Of a stretch of DNA of 64,000 bases, positions 26,488 through 39,765 are shown in pieces. The stretch's first letter is position 1, and each line of letters starts with the position of its first letter. Below the pieces are notes generated by a model, which had not been told where the DNA came from, did no database searches, and saw only the letters and a program-made list of their open reading frames with translations. The DNA is from the human T2T-CHM13v2.0 reference genome, Homo sapiens: assembly GCF_009914755.1 (NCBI RefSeq), contig NC_060927.1; one strand, given 5' to 3'. A program made the position numbers and the translations under genes.

Positions 26488-27459
26488 ACAAGGTACATTT
26501 CAACTGCTCAATCGCCAACTGTAGCTAGTCACGACTGTACTAGACAGAACAATAAAATTGTGCCATTAAGTTAGGCATTGAATAGACTTAAATATAGCTC
26601 TCACGTTCACGATGGGAAGAATGTGTCTACTGGTTACTACTGGTATTCTATTGGTTACTGCAGGCTGCATTTAAAAAAAGATGAAGGCCAATCATTTGAA
26701 TAATTGAGAAAGAGTATCGCTTCAGATATCACACAGCTGAAAGCCATAAGCAATACCTGGAAGAAAAAATTAGGAGTCCCAGTAACACTTCCCACTCTAC
26801 TGATCACATGTGCAATAATATTCACACAACAGAAGTAAGGATCTTTGAAATTATGATAAACAGGGAATATATCTTGATTCAATAAGATGAGTGCTTGGAC
26901 TACTAAGTGACTTTAAAAAATCTTTTCCAACTCAGAAAGTATTGATTATTCTTTGTTTAGAGCTTTCCTAAGAGTTGTCTGCAATTTCAGGAAGAAATTA
27001 CACCACTAATGGCAACACAACATGAGTCAACAATGCACACAACTGTATAGGCAGCAGACATACTTTCTAAATTACACGATGATTCTATTTACAGATAGAT
27101 GCAAACACTTGATCTTATGCTTTATGGCATAGTTGTGCCACATCATTAAATACTGAAATAAATTTTATTATAAATTACTTCCCTTTTATTTTTCTTTTAT
27201 ATTAGAGAGAACAGTACATTGATTTTTTAAAAAAACTTATGGTGTAAGGTTATATTTTATATGAATTCATCTCAACACAGCAAGGGCACATTACAAAGTA
27301 TTTGTTAAAATTCACTATCTCAATCAACAAACCACAAATTGTTTCACAGAAGGAAGAAGTATAAACTGTAGGTTTATAAAAGGTGTCAAATGCTACGTCA
27401 GCCTGACTAGCTTTTGGTTTTGCTGAAAAACAAAACAGCAATAAACCTTTAAAAAAAGT

Positions 27460-27780
27460 TTTGTTTTGTTTTGTTTTTTAAGACCAGTTTTCGCTCTGTT
27501 GCCCAGGCTGAAATATAGTGACAAGATCATGGCTCTCTGCAGCCTTGAACTCCTGGGCTCAAGTGATCCTCCTGCCTCAGCCTCCCAAGTAGCTGGAACT
27601 ACAGACTTGCACCAGCATGCCTGGCTTTTTTTTTTTTTTTTTTTGAGACAGAGTCTCACTCTGTCGCCCAGGCAGGAATGCAGTGGCACGATCTCAGCTC
27701 ACTACAACCTCCACCTGCCAGGTTCAGGTGATTCTCCTGGCTGCTTTATTGTTTGTAGAGACAAGGTCTCACTATGCTGA
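27460..27780 (-). mobile_element. Two adjacent partial Alus
   Basis: Right arm 27460-27625 then T tract and second partial Alu. Confidence 0.8.
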
Positions 27781-29381
27781 GATGCAAAAAGCATTCCTTT
27801 TGCCCCTTCCCAGTCCATATGCTGTCAGAGGTAACCACTGTTCGGAGTTTTTAAAGTTTTGTTTCTGACTGCAGAATCTTACATTTTAATTTTATTTGGT
27901 AAAATGGCTCCCTTTACTATTCCAATTAGTAGTCTACATTGTTCCATATTTATATTACTGCTACCTACTTTCCCATCTTAGTCACGTATTCACATTTTGT
28001 TAAAGACATTTTTTATTAGAACTAATTTGCACCTCTTTACTACAATTGAAGGCTAAATGATTTGGTTTTATTATACTTTCCATTACACTGCCTAATTACA
28101 TTGCCACCTCAGTCATGGTTATCTGTGGCATACCTTCTTGCTTGAAATCGCCTTCCCTAGAGAAGAACAGATAAAAATATCACCCACAAATTCAAACTAC
28201 AATGTCCCTGGTTCATAAAAACAGCCAACCTCAAAAGTAAGCAACATTTCCTAGTATATCTCAAACTTCTACATGTGCATATAAATTACATTCAGTAGTT
28301 AATAACCGGAAATTTATCTTCTATGGAGGAAAGACATGCCAATACAATGGAAAGTCCTACTGCTACTACTAATAAAAATACTCATGGTAAAAATATGAAG
28401 AAAAACCAGCTAAGTTTTAAGTTTCAATATGATAGGCAACATAGGCAACAGTGTACAATTTTAAATATTTGACTGGCTTCGTGTTGGGACTTCCGCAGTT
28501 TCCAATTTTAGATATTTCAATTTACTGTTTACTTACCTCAATATACAATAGAATACTTAGCAAATAAAATTTCATACAAAAGCCACATAACCAGGACCAC
28601 TGTTTCGTTTTTACAGGCCATTCCAAATTAAGAGTCAGGACTTTAAAATCGACCACACTGTGCACTGTGGTACAAGTTTTGGAACTCAAGGCGCTTAACT
28701 TATTTTAAACCTATACTGTTGTAGGTTCAGTATCCGAACAAGCACAAGTAAGATTCACACAACTCATTTGTTGAGTGTCTTAAATACAGACTTAGAAGCA
28801 AAAAAAATTAAAAAGTTTCATCTCATCTGGGAGTTAGTTCATTTGTTAAGTTAAAGGGATTATTCCTGTGAAATCATCTTAAAGGTTTACAGTAAAGAAC
28901 ACAATTCTAAGCTCCCAATCATAAGAAGTAATAGGAACTTCACTGGCATAGTTACTGGCATAAAGGTACAGATTCAATAGTTGTAAGTTTCCTCTAAATT
29001 CGGCCAGTTATTTCTAGGGATCTGCCTTCATCAGGTTACATGTAAATACCCATTTTAAACAGAGATAATTGCTCCATGAATATATTAATTCAAGGTAGAT
29101 TGTGAATAATATGACTGTTCAGCTTCATTTCTATCGCCAAGTTATGTATCAGAAAGAACATCACAGCCTATGGAGACTGAACTAGATTGAAGATTTTGGA
29201 TCTAAACATACAGAATAATTTCCTGGCAACCCCTTCGTAAATCCATGGCAATTTCAACACTGGGAACTCTTCAGCCTCATTTTTCTTACTTAACAGAACA
29301 TGACAAACAAGTACTGAGTGCCTGACAATGAGTACAAAAATGAGTAAGAGTCAGCAACCATGTTCAAGAAGTGCAGTATAT

Positions 29382-29823
<442 letters not shown>

Positions 29824-31142
29824 CTAACTGGAACTCTTTACAACTTGATGTGAAACAATGCAGGTACTGTGAATAGTTCATGGTTCTTAAACTTTAAAGA
29901 TTATTAGTACAAAACATACAATTCAACATTAGAATAAATATCCAGTATTTAAAGGAAAATTAAAGTAAGGAAACATGTTACAGACCTAAGACCAAATTAA
30001 ACTTTCTTGGAATCTCTTCAGGAACCTCAAATACCGATACACAGAGGTAATATTTAGGTCCTTGTTTGGGGCAGTATGAGATTACGTTGAAAGTGACTTT
30101 TATTTCATCCTCAAAAGTGCTATTGAATAGTTGGAATGACTTCGTTAACTTAAAACATAGTTACGACTTCTTAATCGACTTACAACAACAAACTATGGCA
30201 TCGCAGAGAGCTTTTTAACGTTTATGAGCTTCATCTCTTTGAGGGTAAAGACAAGCTCCAAAACGGCTTGAGACAATGCTTCGGAAAAATGTTACGTAAT
30301 TAATACATTAAAACTATACAACTTAATGGTAAGGAGACATTTCATAAAAACTTAACCAGTCGATCCAAAATAATTCCTAATTTTACGTAAGAGGCAAACG
30401 GTGAAAGACCGAACATTAACTTTGCCAATCACCTGAAAGGAGCAGCGTGGTAGAACTACCCAGGACCGCCTCAGCACTCAGGGGCAATAGTGAACTACTG
30501 AAGCAACAGCTCCACCTACTGATCCACCCTATACTTCCTTAAATATGTTGGCACCCCAAGTCTACAGTGATCGCGCTCTCTCCCCCTCCTCCACTCGCTG
30601 TGACCCAACCCAAATCTAGTTGAGTCACTAGCTCTTAATACTCATCCCCGTGCTCTTTATTCCAATTTCTTCTTCCTCCAGAAGGTTCTGCACAGCTCCC
30701 AAGCGTGAATTAAACTGAAAGGTGTCAAACACCGCAGTTCCAGAGTTGAGTCTGGAGGTGGAAGACAACCAAACCACTCCACCTGGAGCTGCGGGCCGGC
30801 GTGGCTCAGCGGTCCGCTCCCGGGAAGGAGGCCCCGGGCGCTTCACAATAGCCTTTCCATGTTGCCCCACTCGGTCGCTTCTCCCCACTCAACAACCCAC
30901 ACTCGTCTCCGAACCGAAACCCTGAAGCCCCCCGGGTCTTGCCTCCGCTGGCCCTTCAGCCCGCCAACAGCCCGAGCCTCGCCTCCGCCCCCTCCGGGAG
31001 CCGAGGGAACTGAGAAGCAGAGAAATCTCCCTCCGCCCGTCTTCGCCCTGAATCTCTCCTCGCCTTTGCGGCTCTCCCCCTCTACATGGGCCCGGACCCT
31101 TCTACCCCACCGGCCGGGCCCTGCCCGGCTGCCCTTCCTCAC

Positions 31143-31150
31143 CCTTTCAT
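31143..31150 (-). CDS. NAA50: NAA50 coding exon 1 (ATGAAAGG, M-K-G)
   Basis: GGGGAAG-ATG-A context (A at -3), in-frame TAA upstream, donor GG|GTGAG at 31142-31138; joins exon 2 in frame to give MKGSRIELGDVT. Confidence 0.93.
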
Positions 31151-31450
31151 CTTCCCCGCCTGCTGAGGCCGTCGTTACCACCGATATCAACGCCGTCGTA
31201 GTCGCCGCCCTTAGGTCTCCGCACCCTTAGCTCGGGCCACTCAACCCCGCAAGCCGGCCTCCTAGCCTGGGCAGGGAGCTGTGCGAGCAACGAAGGCCGC
31301 GAGAGTCGAGTGAGGGCTTGAGTCTGGTGGGGGCGGGAGTGTCTCCCGCCGCCGCGCTTGTGCCGCCGCTTCTCCACACGTGCACTCGGGTCTCTCGGCT
31401 CCCTCCCGCCGCTGCCGCCAGCCAGACCCGCTGCCGCGCTGTGACCTTTC
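31151..31450 (-). other. NAA50: NAA50 GC-rich 5' UTR (start approximate)
   Basis: CpG-dense, ATG-free stretch upstream of the start codon; TSS not determinable from sequence alone. Confidence 0.6.
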
Positions 31451-31896
31451 ACCCCGCCCCTCGCGCGCCGGCGCGCCGCCGCCTCACGCGCAGCCGCACT
31501 GCTCGCCTCCGCGCACCCTGCCCCCTCCACTCCGGAACCTCCATCTTTCTCCTGGACTGGGCCTTCTGGGGTCATGCTCCTCCCTCCCACCCGCTTACGA
31601 CACTGCTTGTGGGGCTGGCTCGGTAGGCCCTGGCGGTAAAATCCAGATTTTTCCACCCCTCCCTCTCTTGTCCCATATCCGCAAGATAGTTTTTCTCAGC
31701 CCCGTTCTTCCCAGTTTGTGGTCTCCAGAGTGACCTTCAAACGCTGTTGCCTCCTAGTAGGGTTTTATAAAGTTAGTTCTTCTAAATGTAAAGAAATCTG
31801 TGGAAAGCTCAAGTTTAAGTTAGGTGTTTTAAAACAAACGTAGTTAACAATCGGCCAGATAGATTGGCTACCCTCCAGCACGCCTCAAGTTTTAAG

Positions 31897-31906
31897 ATCA
31901 CGTGAT
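31897..31906. promoter_or_regulatory. Palindromic E-box ATCACGTGAT (CLEAR/USF-type)
   Basis: TCACGTGA core abutting an inverted CCAAT box. Confidence 0.65.
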
Positions 31907-32189
31907 TGGCCCAAACCTCAGAGCCTGGAATTTTACCGGCGGACTCCAGAGGGACGGAACGCCACCGCCATTTCCTGTCCCTCGATTGTGGCGTGAACGT
32001 CACTTCCTTAGCAATGCGCTTTAACTCTTGCTGTCCACATTTTCCACATTGTACTTTATAACATACTCTTTGTGAAAATTTATCTTTTATTTCTTTAATC
32101 CAAGAAAATTAATATTCAAGGGATCCGTAAAAATTCAGGCCCCCCGAGATGTAGAGCGCTGGGATGGAGGAGGCAGGGCGGAGCTCGAC

Positions 32190-32199
32190 GTCATGTGAC
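32190..32199 (+). promoter_or_regulatory. CLEAR/M-box GTCATGTGAC overlapping CRE-like GACGTCA
   Basis: 9/10 match to the CLEAR consensus GTCACGTGAC just upstream of ATP6V1A exon 1; V-ATPase genes are established TFEB/TFE3/MITF targets. Confidence 0.7.
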
Positions 32200-32211
32200 T
32201 GGTTGGGCCCG

Positions 32212-32232
32212 CCCCCCCCCCCCCCCCCCCCC
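32212..32232 (+). repeat. Poly-C tract (C21)
   Basis: Direct count. Confidence 0.9.
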
Positions 32233-32234
32233 AA

Positions 32235-32318
32235 CCTGTGCAGCTGAGGACTTCCCCTCCGTGGTGACAGCCTCTGGGTCCTCGGTCGGTACAGTCTCTG
32301 CACCTCGCGCCCCAGCAG
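32235..32318 (+). other. ATP6V1A: ATP6V1A non-coding exon 1 (start approximate)
   Basis: Ends at strong donor CAG|GTGAGC (GT 32319-32320) inside the CpG island. Confidence 0.8.
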
Positions 32319-34467
32319 GTGAGCGGCGACCGGTAACTGGCGAGTGGTGGGGATAGAGGGGGTGGAAGGAGGCAGAGGAAGGAGAGAAGGGAGAGTGTGA
32401 ACGGCGACTTTTCTGCCTGAGGCTTCCTCCCCGCTGTCACCCTGCACCGGCAAGGAGCTCATTTCTCCTTAACCCCCGCTCCCCCAAGTGTGGTCGTTCC
32501 CGCTACTTGGGGATTCAGATGTCCACCTTTCCCAGGGTTGGAAGTGAGTGCGGCCATTATGGTTCCCTACTCAGAGCCTTTGGGGCTTCGGGTAGCAGAT
32601 TGTTTCAGCCATTTCACAGGGTCTGCAGTAGACATTAGGTCCCATTCCTTAAAGCCCATTCTTTGGCAAAGGTCCTCACTGTCCTTACCCTCAGCTCAGG
32701 GCTGAGGAGCGGGGAGGTAGCAAAAACCCTGGAGGCAGAGGCGTCTCCGGTGAGACAGGCTTGGGAGGGACTGTCACTGATACGGCCCTCACTGCAGAGT
32801 CACTGTGAAGCTTCCCTCCGAATGTGCTTTCTCAGTGATTCTAAGGATTTTATCTGACATACCTGCAGGGAAGGTTCCGTAGATGTTCACGTGCTTCGGA
32901 TGGGACTAGAAAAGTAAAAGAAGGGCTTTTACTTTTTCTTCTCTGCAGAGAGGACAGTTGAAGGAATACTGTCTTCAAAACAGGAGGTGTTAGTAATGCG
33001 ACAGTCTCGATTGAATGAGGAGGCGTTGAAAGATGGTATTGTGGTGTTGTGGTGTGCAGGAGGCCCAGGCTGGTTTAGGGAAGAGTGAGTAGGGTTCCCT
33101 GAAACCGAAATAAGAAACTGATTGGGTTGGAAATAGTTAAACCAAATTGATTTGGCCATATGCTTAAAGGTAGAATCAAGTCGAGATGTTGCTGTCTGCA
33201 CATGTTTTCTGCCGTCAATCCTTCCCTTTTTGTCATTTTCCCCTAAAATACTACTGAATTGGCACTCCCAATCTATTCCTTGATCGGCTTTGTGGTAAAT
33301 TTAGGTTAAGTAGCATTTGTATCCCTCTTTAGCTTTCCCCATTTGTAAAACTCCCGGTGCCCTCTTCAGATTTTGATGAATAGTATTTTGTGAAAATACA
33401 GAAATTGTTGTCCAATTGAAAATACAGGTGTTGTCCAACCCAAGTACTCCCATTCCGTCCATAATGTATTATTACCAATGTTTTGATCCCAAACAATGTG
33501 CTTTAGGGAAGAATGTTTTTCAGTTTGTGGTTAAACTCTTTTATTTATACTGCAAACTCAGAAAATTCCATGCTGCTTTTCAATTGAAGGTCTTACGAAT
33601 ATTACAAATTTGATTTTTAAAATTTAAATTACACCTTTCTTAATATGAAAAATTATATGCTCAGTTAAATCTTGTAGTTTTCTAACTAAGGTAATTAAAG
33701 AAGACTGCTGGAAAATGAGGAAGATGGAATCATCTTTGGTGGATGTGACTGATTTATTTTTGTTTTTCTGTGTCTTCCAAATTCTATACAATAAACGGTC
33801 TTATTTTGTTAAGGAGAATAAAAAGTTAAAATTCTACAATAGCAGCAGTTTAACAAAGTATTTTTATAGTAAGTGCAAAATACATAACCTAGCTTATTGA
33901 TGCTCCTTAGTAGAAAACATAACCTCGGAGATGTTGCTTTCCCCAAGTAATGAAGATTACTACTATCTCTTGTGGATTTACCATTTTAGCATTTCGTACT
34001 TACGACCCATACTGGACAATAGACTAATGTATTGATATATTTATGTCATCATGCCTGCTGTAGATATATATATGTAGTTTTATCCATTAATTTTCTCCAT
34101 AATAAGGTTCCTTGATCTCTAGAGGAGAGGGGAAGAAAAAAAGGAAGTGTTACTTCAGTGACCAGGTGACATTGCACCACGTAAGGAGAATTCCTTATGT
34201 GGTCTGGAAGTCCTAACTAGTCCTGTCTGGCTGAGACCAAAATGTGAAAGAGAAAACCAGCTAGAAGCATTGACTACTAGAGGGGAAAATGTCAGTATGA
34301 AAGTGGTTGGATGAGTCTGCAGTTTTACTTCACAATTCCCCCAGTTTTAGGGAACTCGTGAAAGCAATAACTTAGACCACTGATGAAATGTAGATTAGTA
34401 GTGGGAATTGGTGATTACATTGCTAGTAAGGTTAAATGTGAAAAAAAGCTTTGACATTATACACAGA

Positions 34468-34468
<1 letters not shown>

Positions 34469-34506
<38 letters not shown>
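34469..34506. repeat. (CA)19 microsatellite
   Basis: Direct count. Confidence 0.95.
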
Positions 34507-34509
<3 letters not shown>

Positions 34510-35420
34510 TTGGAAGCCTGGAAAACATTTCTGAGACTAGCCTTATCAGTTTATGAGTGTTACATGTAGAAATCTTAACATTTATTAGGGAATTGTGCTA
34601 TAGTCCACTATTAAATAAAGCATAAGGGTTTGGTTTTATTTTAGGGCCCTTGGCACTTCTGGTTTTCTTTTCCTGAGTTCTTGTTTTCAGTGCCTTTATA
34701 GATTTTTGCCACCACTAAGAATGCTTTCTTCCCCATGGGCAGAGGTAGCCACTCAGTCCTATAGACTACTACTAATCATCATCATCATCTTTTCTATTCT
34801 TCTACTTGCACTTCTAGCATTGTATTTAATTCCTGTTCCCTGGGCTCTTCCTCAGCAAATCATAAAGCTCTCAGGACTGTGAACTATAATACTATTGTGT
34901 CTTCAGCACCAGAATACTGAAGTACCTGATAGGTACTCAATAAATTATTTATTGAATGAATGTTGGGCAATTAGACAAAGAAATTAAACCACTTTAATTT
35001 TTGCAGATCATAGCTCTTCCTAAAGTTGTGCACTAAATGTTAGCTTTTAAATATAAACTGGTAATAACCTTCCAAATTCATGGTCAATACAATAGATAAA
35101 AACCTCAGATGGACTTTATTAATGCTGAGACCAACTTATTTTCACAGCATGTTTGTTTACTAATAAGTATGGTTATCATCAAAATATGGGAGAGAAGGGA
35201 AGAGGAATGAATCGTACTAAATGAAAAAGTGGCTCTGCGTGATCTATAAGTGGACTAGCACTAGACTAAAAGTCAGAGGATCTTCATTCAGCTCTGCCAC
35301 TTTAGTTATATGTCCTTTTACGTAATGCTGGGGAGGGGTTCAGGTTTGATACTTAGGAACCTTCCTATGACATAAACCCTAGGTAATCTATGTGAAAATA
35401 TCTTAAAAACTAAGTGGTGT

Positions 35421-35710
35421 CTGTAATCCCAGTGCTTTGGGAGGCCAAGGCGGGCAGATCACAACGTCAGGAGATCGAGACCATCCTGGCTAACACGGTG
35501 AAACCCTGTCTTTACTTAAAAAAATTAAAAAAATTAGCCAGGCATGGCGGCACGCGCCTGTAGTGCCAGCTACTCAGGAGGCTGAGGCAGGAGAATCACT
35601 TGAACCCGACAGGTGGAGGTTGCAGTGAGCCAAGATCACACCACTGCGCTCCAGCCTGGGCAACAGAGTGAGACTCCATCTCAAAAAAAACAAAAACAAA
35701 AACAAAAAAA
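35421..35710 (+). mobile_element. 5'-truncated AluSc/Y-like
   Basis: TSD AAAAACTAAGTGGTGT on both sides. Confidence 0.9.
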
Positions 35711-37879
35711 ACTAAGTGGTGTGTAAAATGGTAAAGCAGTGTAGCTCAGACTTTACATGAATTGATTTCCCAGTCATAGAGACCTAGTTGAAGTTCTGGC
35801 CCTACCACTTAATAACTGTGTGACTTTGGACAGTGTACTTAAGTAAGGTTAAGTTTTCTCACGTTTAAATCTATAGATGGTGCTATTAAGTTAGATCATG
35901 AATGTAAAATGCCTAGAACATATTTTGTAAAAAAAATTTTTAATTAATTTTACTGATAACTACTTTGATTTTATATACTGAATTTCTAAAGACTTAAGAC
36001 AACCCACAGAATTGACTGATGTCCCTGTGAGCAGCAGGTTTGGGGCATGAAGAAGAGAGTAGAATTTGAAAAGAAGCTATTACCCAAAAAATGGGGGAAC
36101 AAGAAAAGTGTACTTGTAGCAAAGATTCTAAAACAGATTTATTAATTTTATCTGAAAAATATCAAGATAAAGTCCCTTATTTGGGCAACTGCAGTGTCTT
36201 AATATTTTCTATATAAAGATTTTCCAAAGCTTGTAATCATTAATGTATGGAATAAATTTAAGGAGGCAGTTCTTCAATTTTGAAGTTTTTATTCCTGCAA
36301 TGGATTATAGAAGTATATTAAAATTGTACAGATTGTAGAGCAGGGACTTTTGAGTTAATGCTTATAAGCTTAAAAATTTTGTCTTTTTAAAAAAATTAAG
36401 TGTTTTTATATCTTATTTTTATCCTTATATGAAATAGACAAAGAAATGTAGAGAACATAATGGAGACATAAACTAGAGTAAAATTCTTCCCTTCTTAAAT
36501 TCATGATTCACAAGGGTTAGTAGTTTTGCAATGGAAAATATCAGCAAATTAAACAGTAAGTATAGCTATCATGAGTTTATGAATCACTTTATTCCTGAAA
36601 AAAAAAATTACTCATTTGTCTTAAGGAAAGATTTTATTAAGTTTATTGACTTTTCCTTAATGTTGATTGTCTATTATAACAAATGGATTTATTGATTTAG
36701 GAATGAATTTATTCTTTATACTAAGTAACTTTATTTTAAATAAATGAAATGTGAGCAATAAAAATGTTTTCCATATAATTTCTGAAGAGAATATTAGTTT
36801 TGCTATTCTCTTTTTTCCCTATGGTGAAATGATAGCGACTTTGGTTTTTATAAGTGTATTCATTTATATTTAGTATATACATATTATGTATATACTATAT
36901 ATAGAGTAAATATTTGTAGTATATAAAGTACGCAATGTGTGTGTATGTATATATAAAGACAGCTGAAGTGGTTGTGTATCTTCGTAGTAACATATTTATT
37001 TTTACCTGAAACTACTGAAGTGATCTTTAGAATAATGATTTATTTACATTTGAAACTCCTCTTTCTGTATATTTCTTTGTAGTTAGCTCTAGTTAATAAA
37101 TTTACAACTGTGATTAGCTGTTTTTAAAAATTAATGGTATATCATAAGTATTTTCAGATTTAAATTTTAGAAGGAAACACTTTCTTATATCTTAAGGTTT
37201 TAAAAATCACTATTATTTTTGGTATTATTATGACTAACAACAAAAATTTCAGTTTTGGATCTTAATGCTATCTGTTGAAACTGTTCTCTTGGTAAGCCTT
37301 TAAAAAAATTTTATCTGCAACATGCCACATTTTGTTTCTTTTCTGAAAAATAATTAAGCTTATTTCACTGAAAATAAAATGGGTGGTATATGATATGATA
37401 TAGAAGAGTTTCAGATGTGCTTGAGCAATGAAAAGCAACCAGACTTTATAAGTTTTTAGTTCTTAGTTTAATTTTTTTAATGTTTAAAGGTACAATAGAG
37501 AAGACTAATTGAATTGGAAAATACCTTTAAAATTGAAAAAAGAGCATATGTATAATAATAATAGTATATACATATGGAAAAAGTTGTAAGGAAATGCATC
37601 AAAATAAGTAATTATCTCTAGATTGATGCATTAAAGAAAAAATTAAAATTTATTACTATACCTTCTGTATATTTGAATTCATAATGTCAGTAGGCATTGC
37701 AAAATATTTCTTAATTTGATATGGAAAATTAAGGCACCTAAATAATTCTTTCATCTTAACTACTTGGATATCTTAAGTGAAAATGTTTTGTCTCATCCAG
37801 GTAGCTGAGTAAGTTATTTAATTTTATAGGTGTGTAAATATATTTTTAATTTTAAGTATATAAGTGCAGCAGAATTTTA

Positions 37880-38830
37880 AAAAGCAGAGTAAATCTCAGT
37901 ATATAAGATAATTTACCACATTTCAAAGGGATAATTCAATCCAATGGTGAAAAAGGGCACATATATATCATAAATGTTAACTGATACAACTTGCTCATCT
38001 AGAAGAAAATATAATTGATCCAATACATTGCAACAGATGCAAAAACTGATTTCAGATGGATTAGAGGCTTAAATGTAAACAATAAAATATTTAAGATATT
38101 AATCTCCTAAATTTCCTTTATACAAACAATCCAGATGTAGTTTTTTAAACCAAGATAGGAAACCTAAAAGTCATAAAAGTATGGATAGACACATGAGACT
38201 GCATGGAAACGAAGGATTCTTTAGTGGCAAAAATAAAGGACCAAAGACAAAATCAGGCGGAAAAAAAGGCTTGAGATATATGTAACAGATGAGTTAACCA
38301 TTGAAAGAACTCTTTCCAATTAAGAAAAAGTTCACCCAGTAAAAATATGGATAAAACATGTCACCAGAAGTTCACAGAAGAGAAATCCAAACATTCAACA
38401 AACAGTAAAGGATGTGTAACCTTACTAGTAATCAATATACTAACAATGAAATATTATTTCTCTGACAAGCAAAAATTAAGTGGTAAACCTACTGCTAGCA
38501 GGGATATGTGGAGAAGGATTATCTCATAAAATGCTAGCGGAGATGTGAAGTGTTAGAGTTTTTCCTAGTAAACAATCAAGCAACATCAGTTAATACTGAG
38601 AATACATGTATTTTCCACCCATCAGTCTAACTCCATGTAATCTTTTCCTTAGAAATAAAAGCACCAGTAAGAGTTTACAGGAGTGTTAGCTGCAACAGTG
38701 TTTCAATTTTCAATGTTAGTAGTGGCAAAAAACGTGGAAACAAAGGGAATGCCTGTTAATAGGGGTATTGTTATGTAAATTATGGCCGAGGCATTTTATG
38801 GAATGTTGTGAAGTGATTAAATGGTAGGAG
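37880..38830 (+). mobile_element. Old L1 fragment
   Basis: Degenerate L1 ORF2/3' motifs (AGATGGATTAGAGGCTTAAATGTAA, AGTTCACAGAAGAGAAATCCAAA). Confidence 0.55.
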
Positions 38831-38846
38831 TTAAATCTACTGGTGA

Positions 38847-39122
<276 letters not shown>

Positions 39123-39433
39123 TAAGAAAAAAAAATACAAAGTACAGAGAAACATTTGTAATGATAACTCATTTTTTATAAAACCAGTTGAAAAACACCA
39201 TGAGTTTTGTATATTTTTACCTGGTTGTCACCGTTGGAAAGAGGAAATAAGCAGAAAAGGAAAGAGACAGAATATCCATAGTAACATATTTATATAAAAC
39301 TACATGTTTGTACATGTCTGTGTATATGATGGATTATGGGAAACAATGGGCACTAAGATGATTTACTTTCTTCCTTACACTTTACATTATATGTTTTTAT
39401 TTTTACAGTGGACATGAAGTGTTTCTGTAATTA

Positions 39434-39765
<332 letters not shown>

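Larger units (their letters stand above)
30730..32600. promoter_or_regulatory. CpG island / bidirectional promoter of NAA50 and ATP6V1A
   Basis: High CpG density at ~30730-31640 and ~31900-32500; GC boxes; ATTGG boxes 31863-31867 and 31905-31909; YY1/ETS-like CCGCCATTTCCTG 31965-31977; divergent first exons. Confidence 0.9.

Noticed and set aside
31147-31656. 169-aa minus-strand ORF, same length as NAA50
   Set aside because: GTG start, low-complexity Gly/Arg/Ala product of the CpG island, no GNAT motif. The length match is coincidental; the real protein comes from five exons.
30628-32705. Cluster of overlapping 60-120 aa ORFs on both strands
   Set aside because: Expected from stop-codon scarcity in GC-rich promoter DNA; no recognisable protein.
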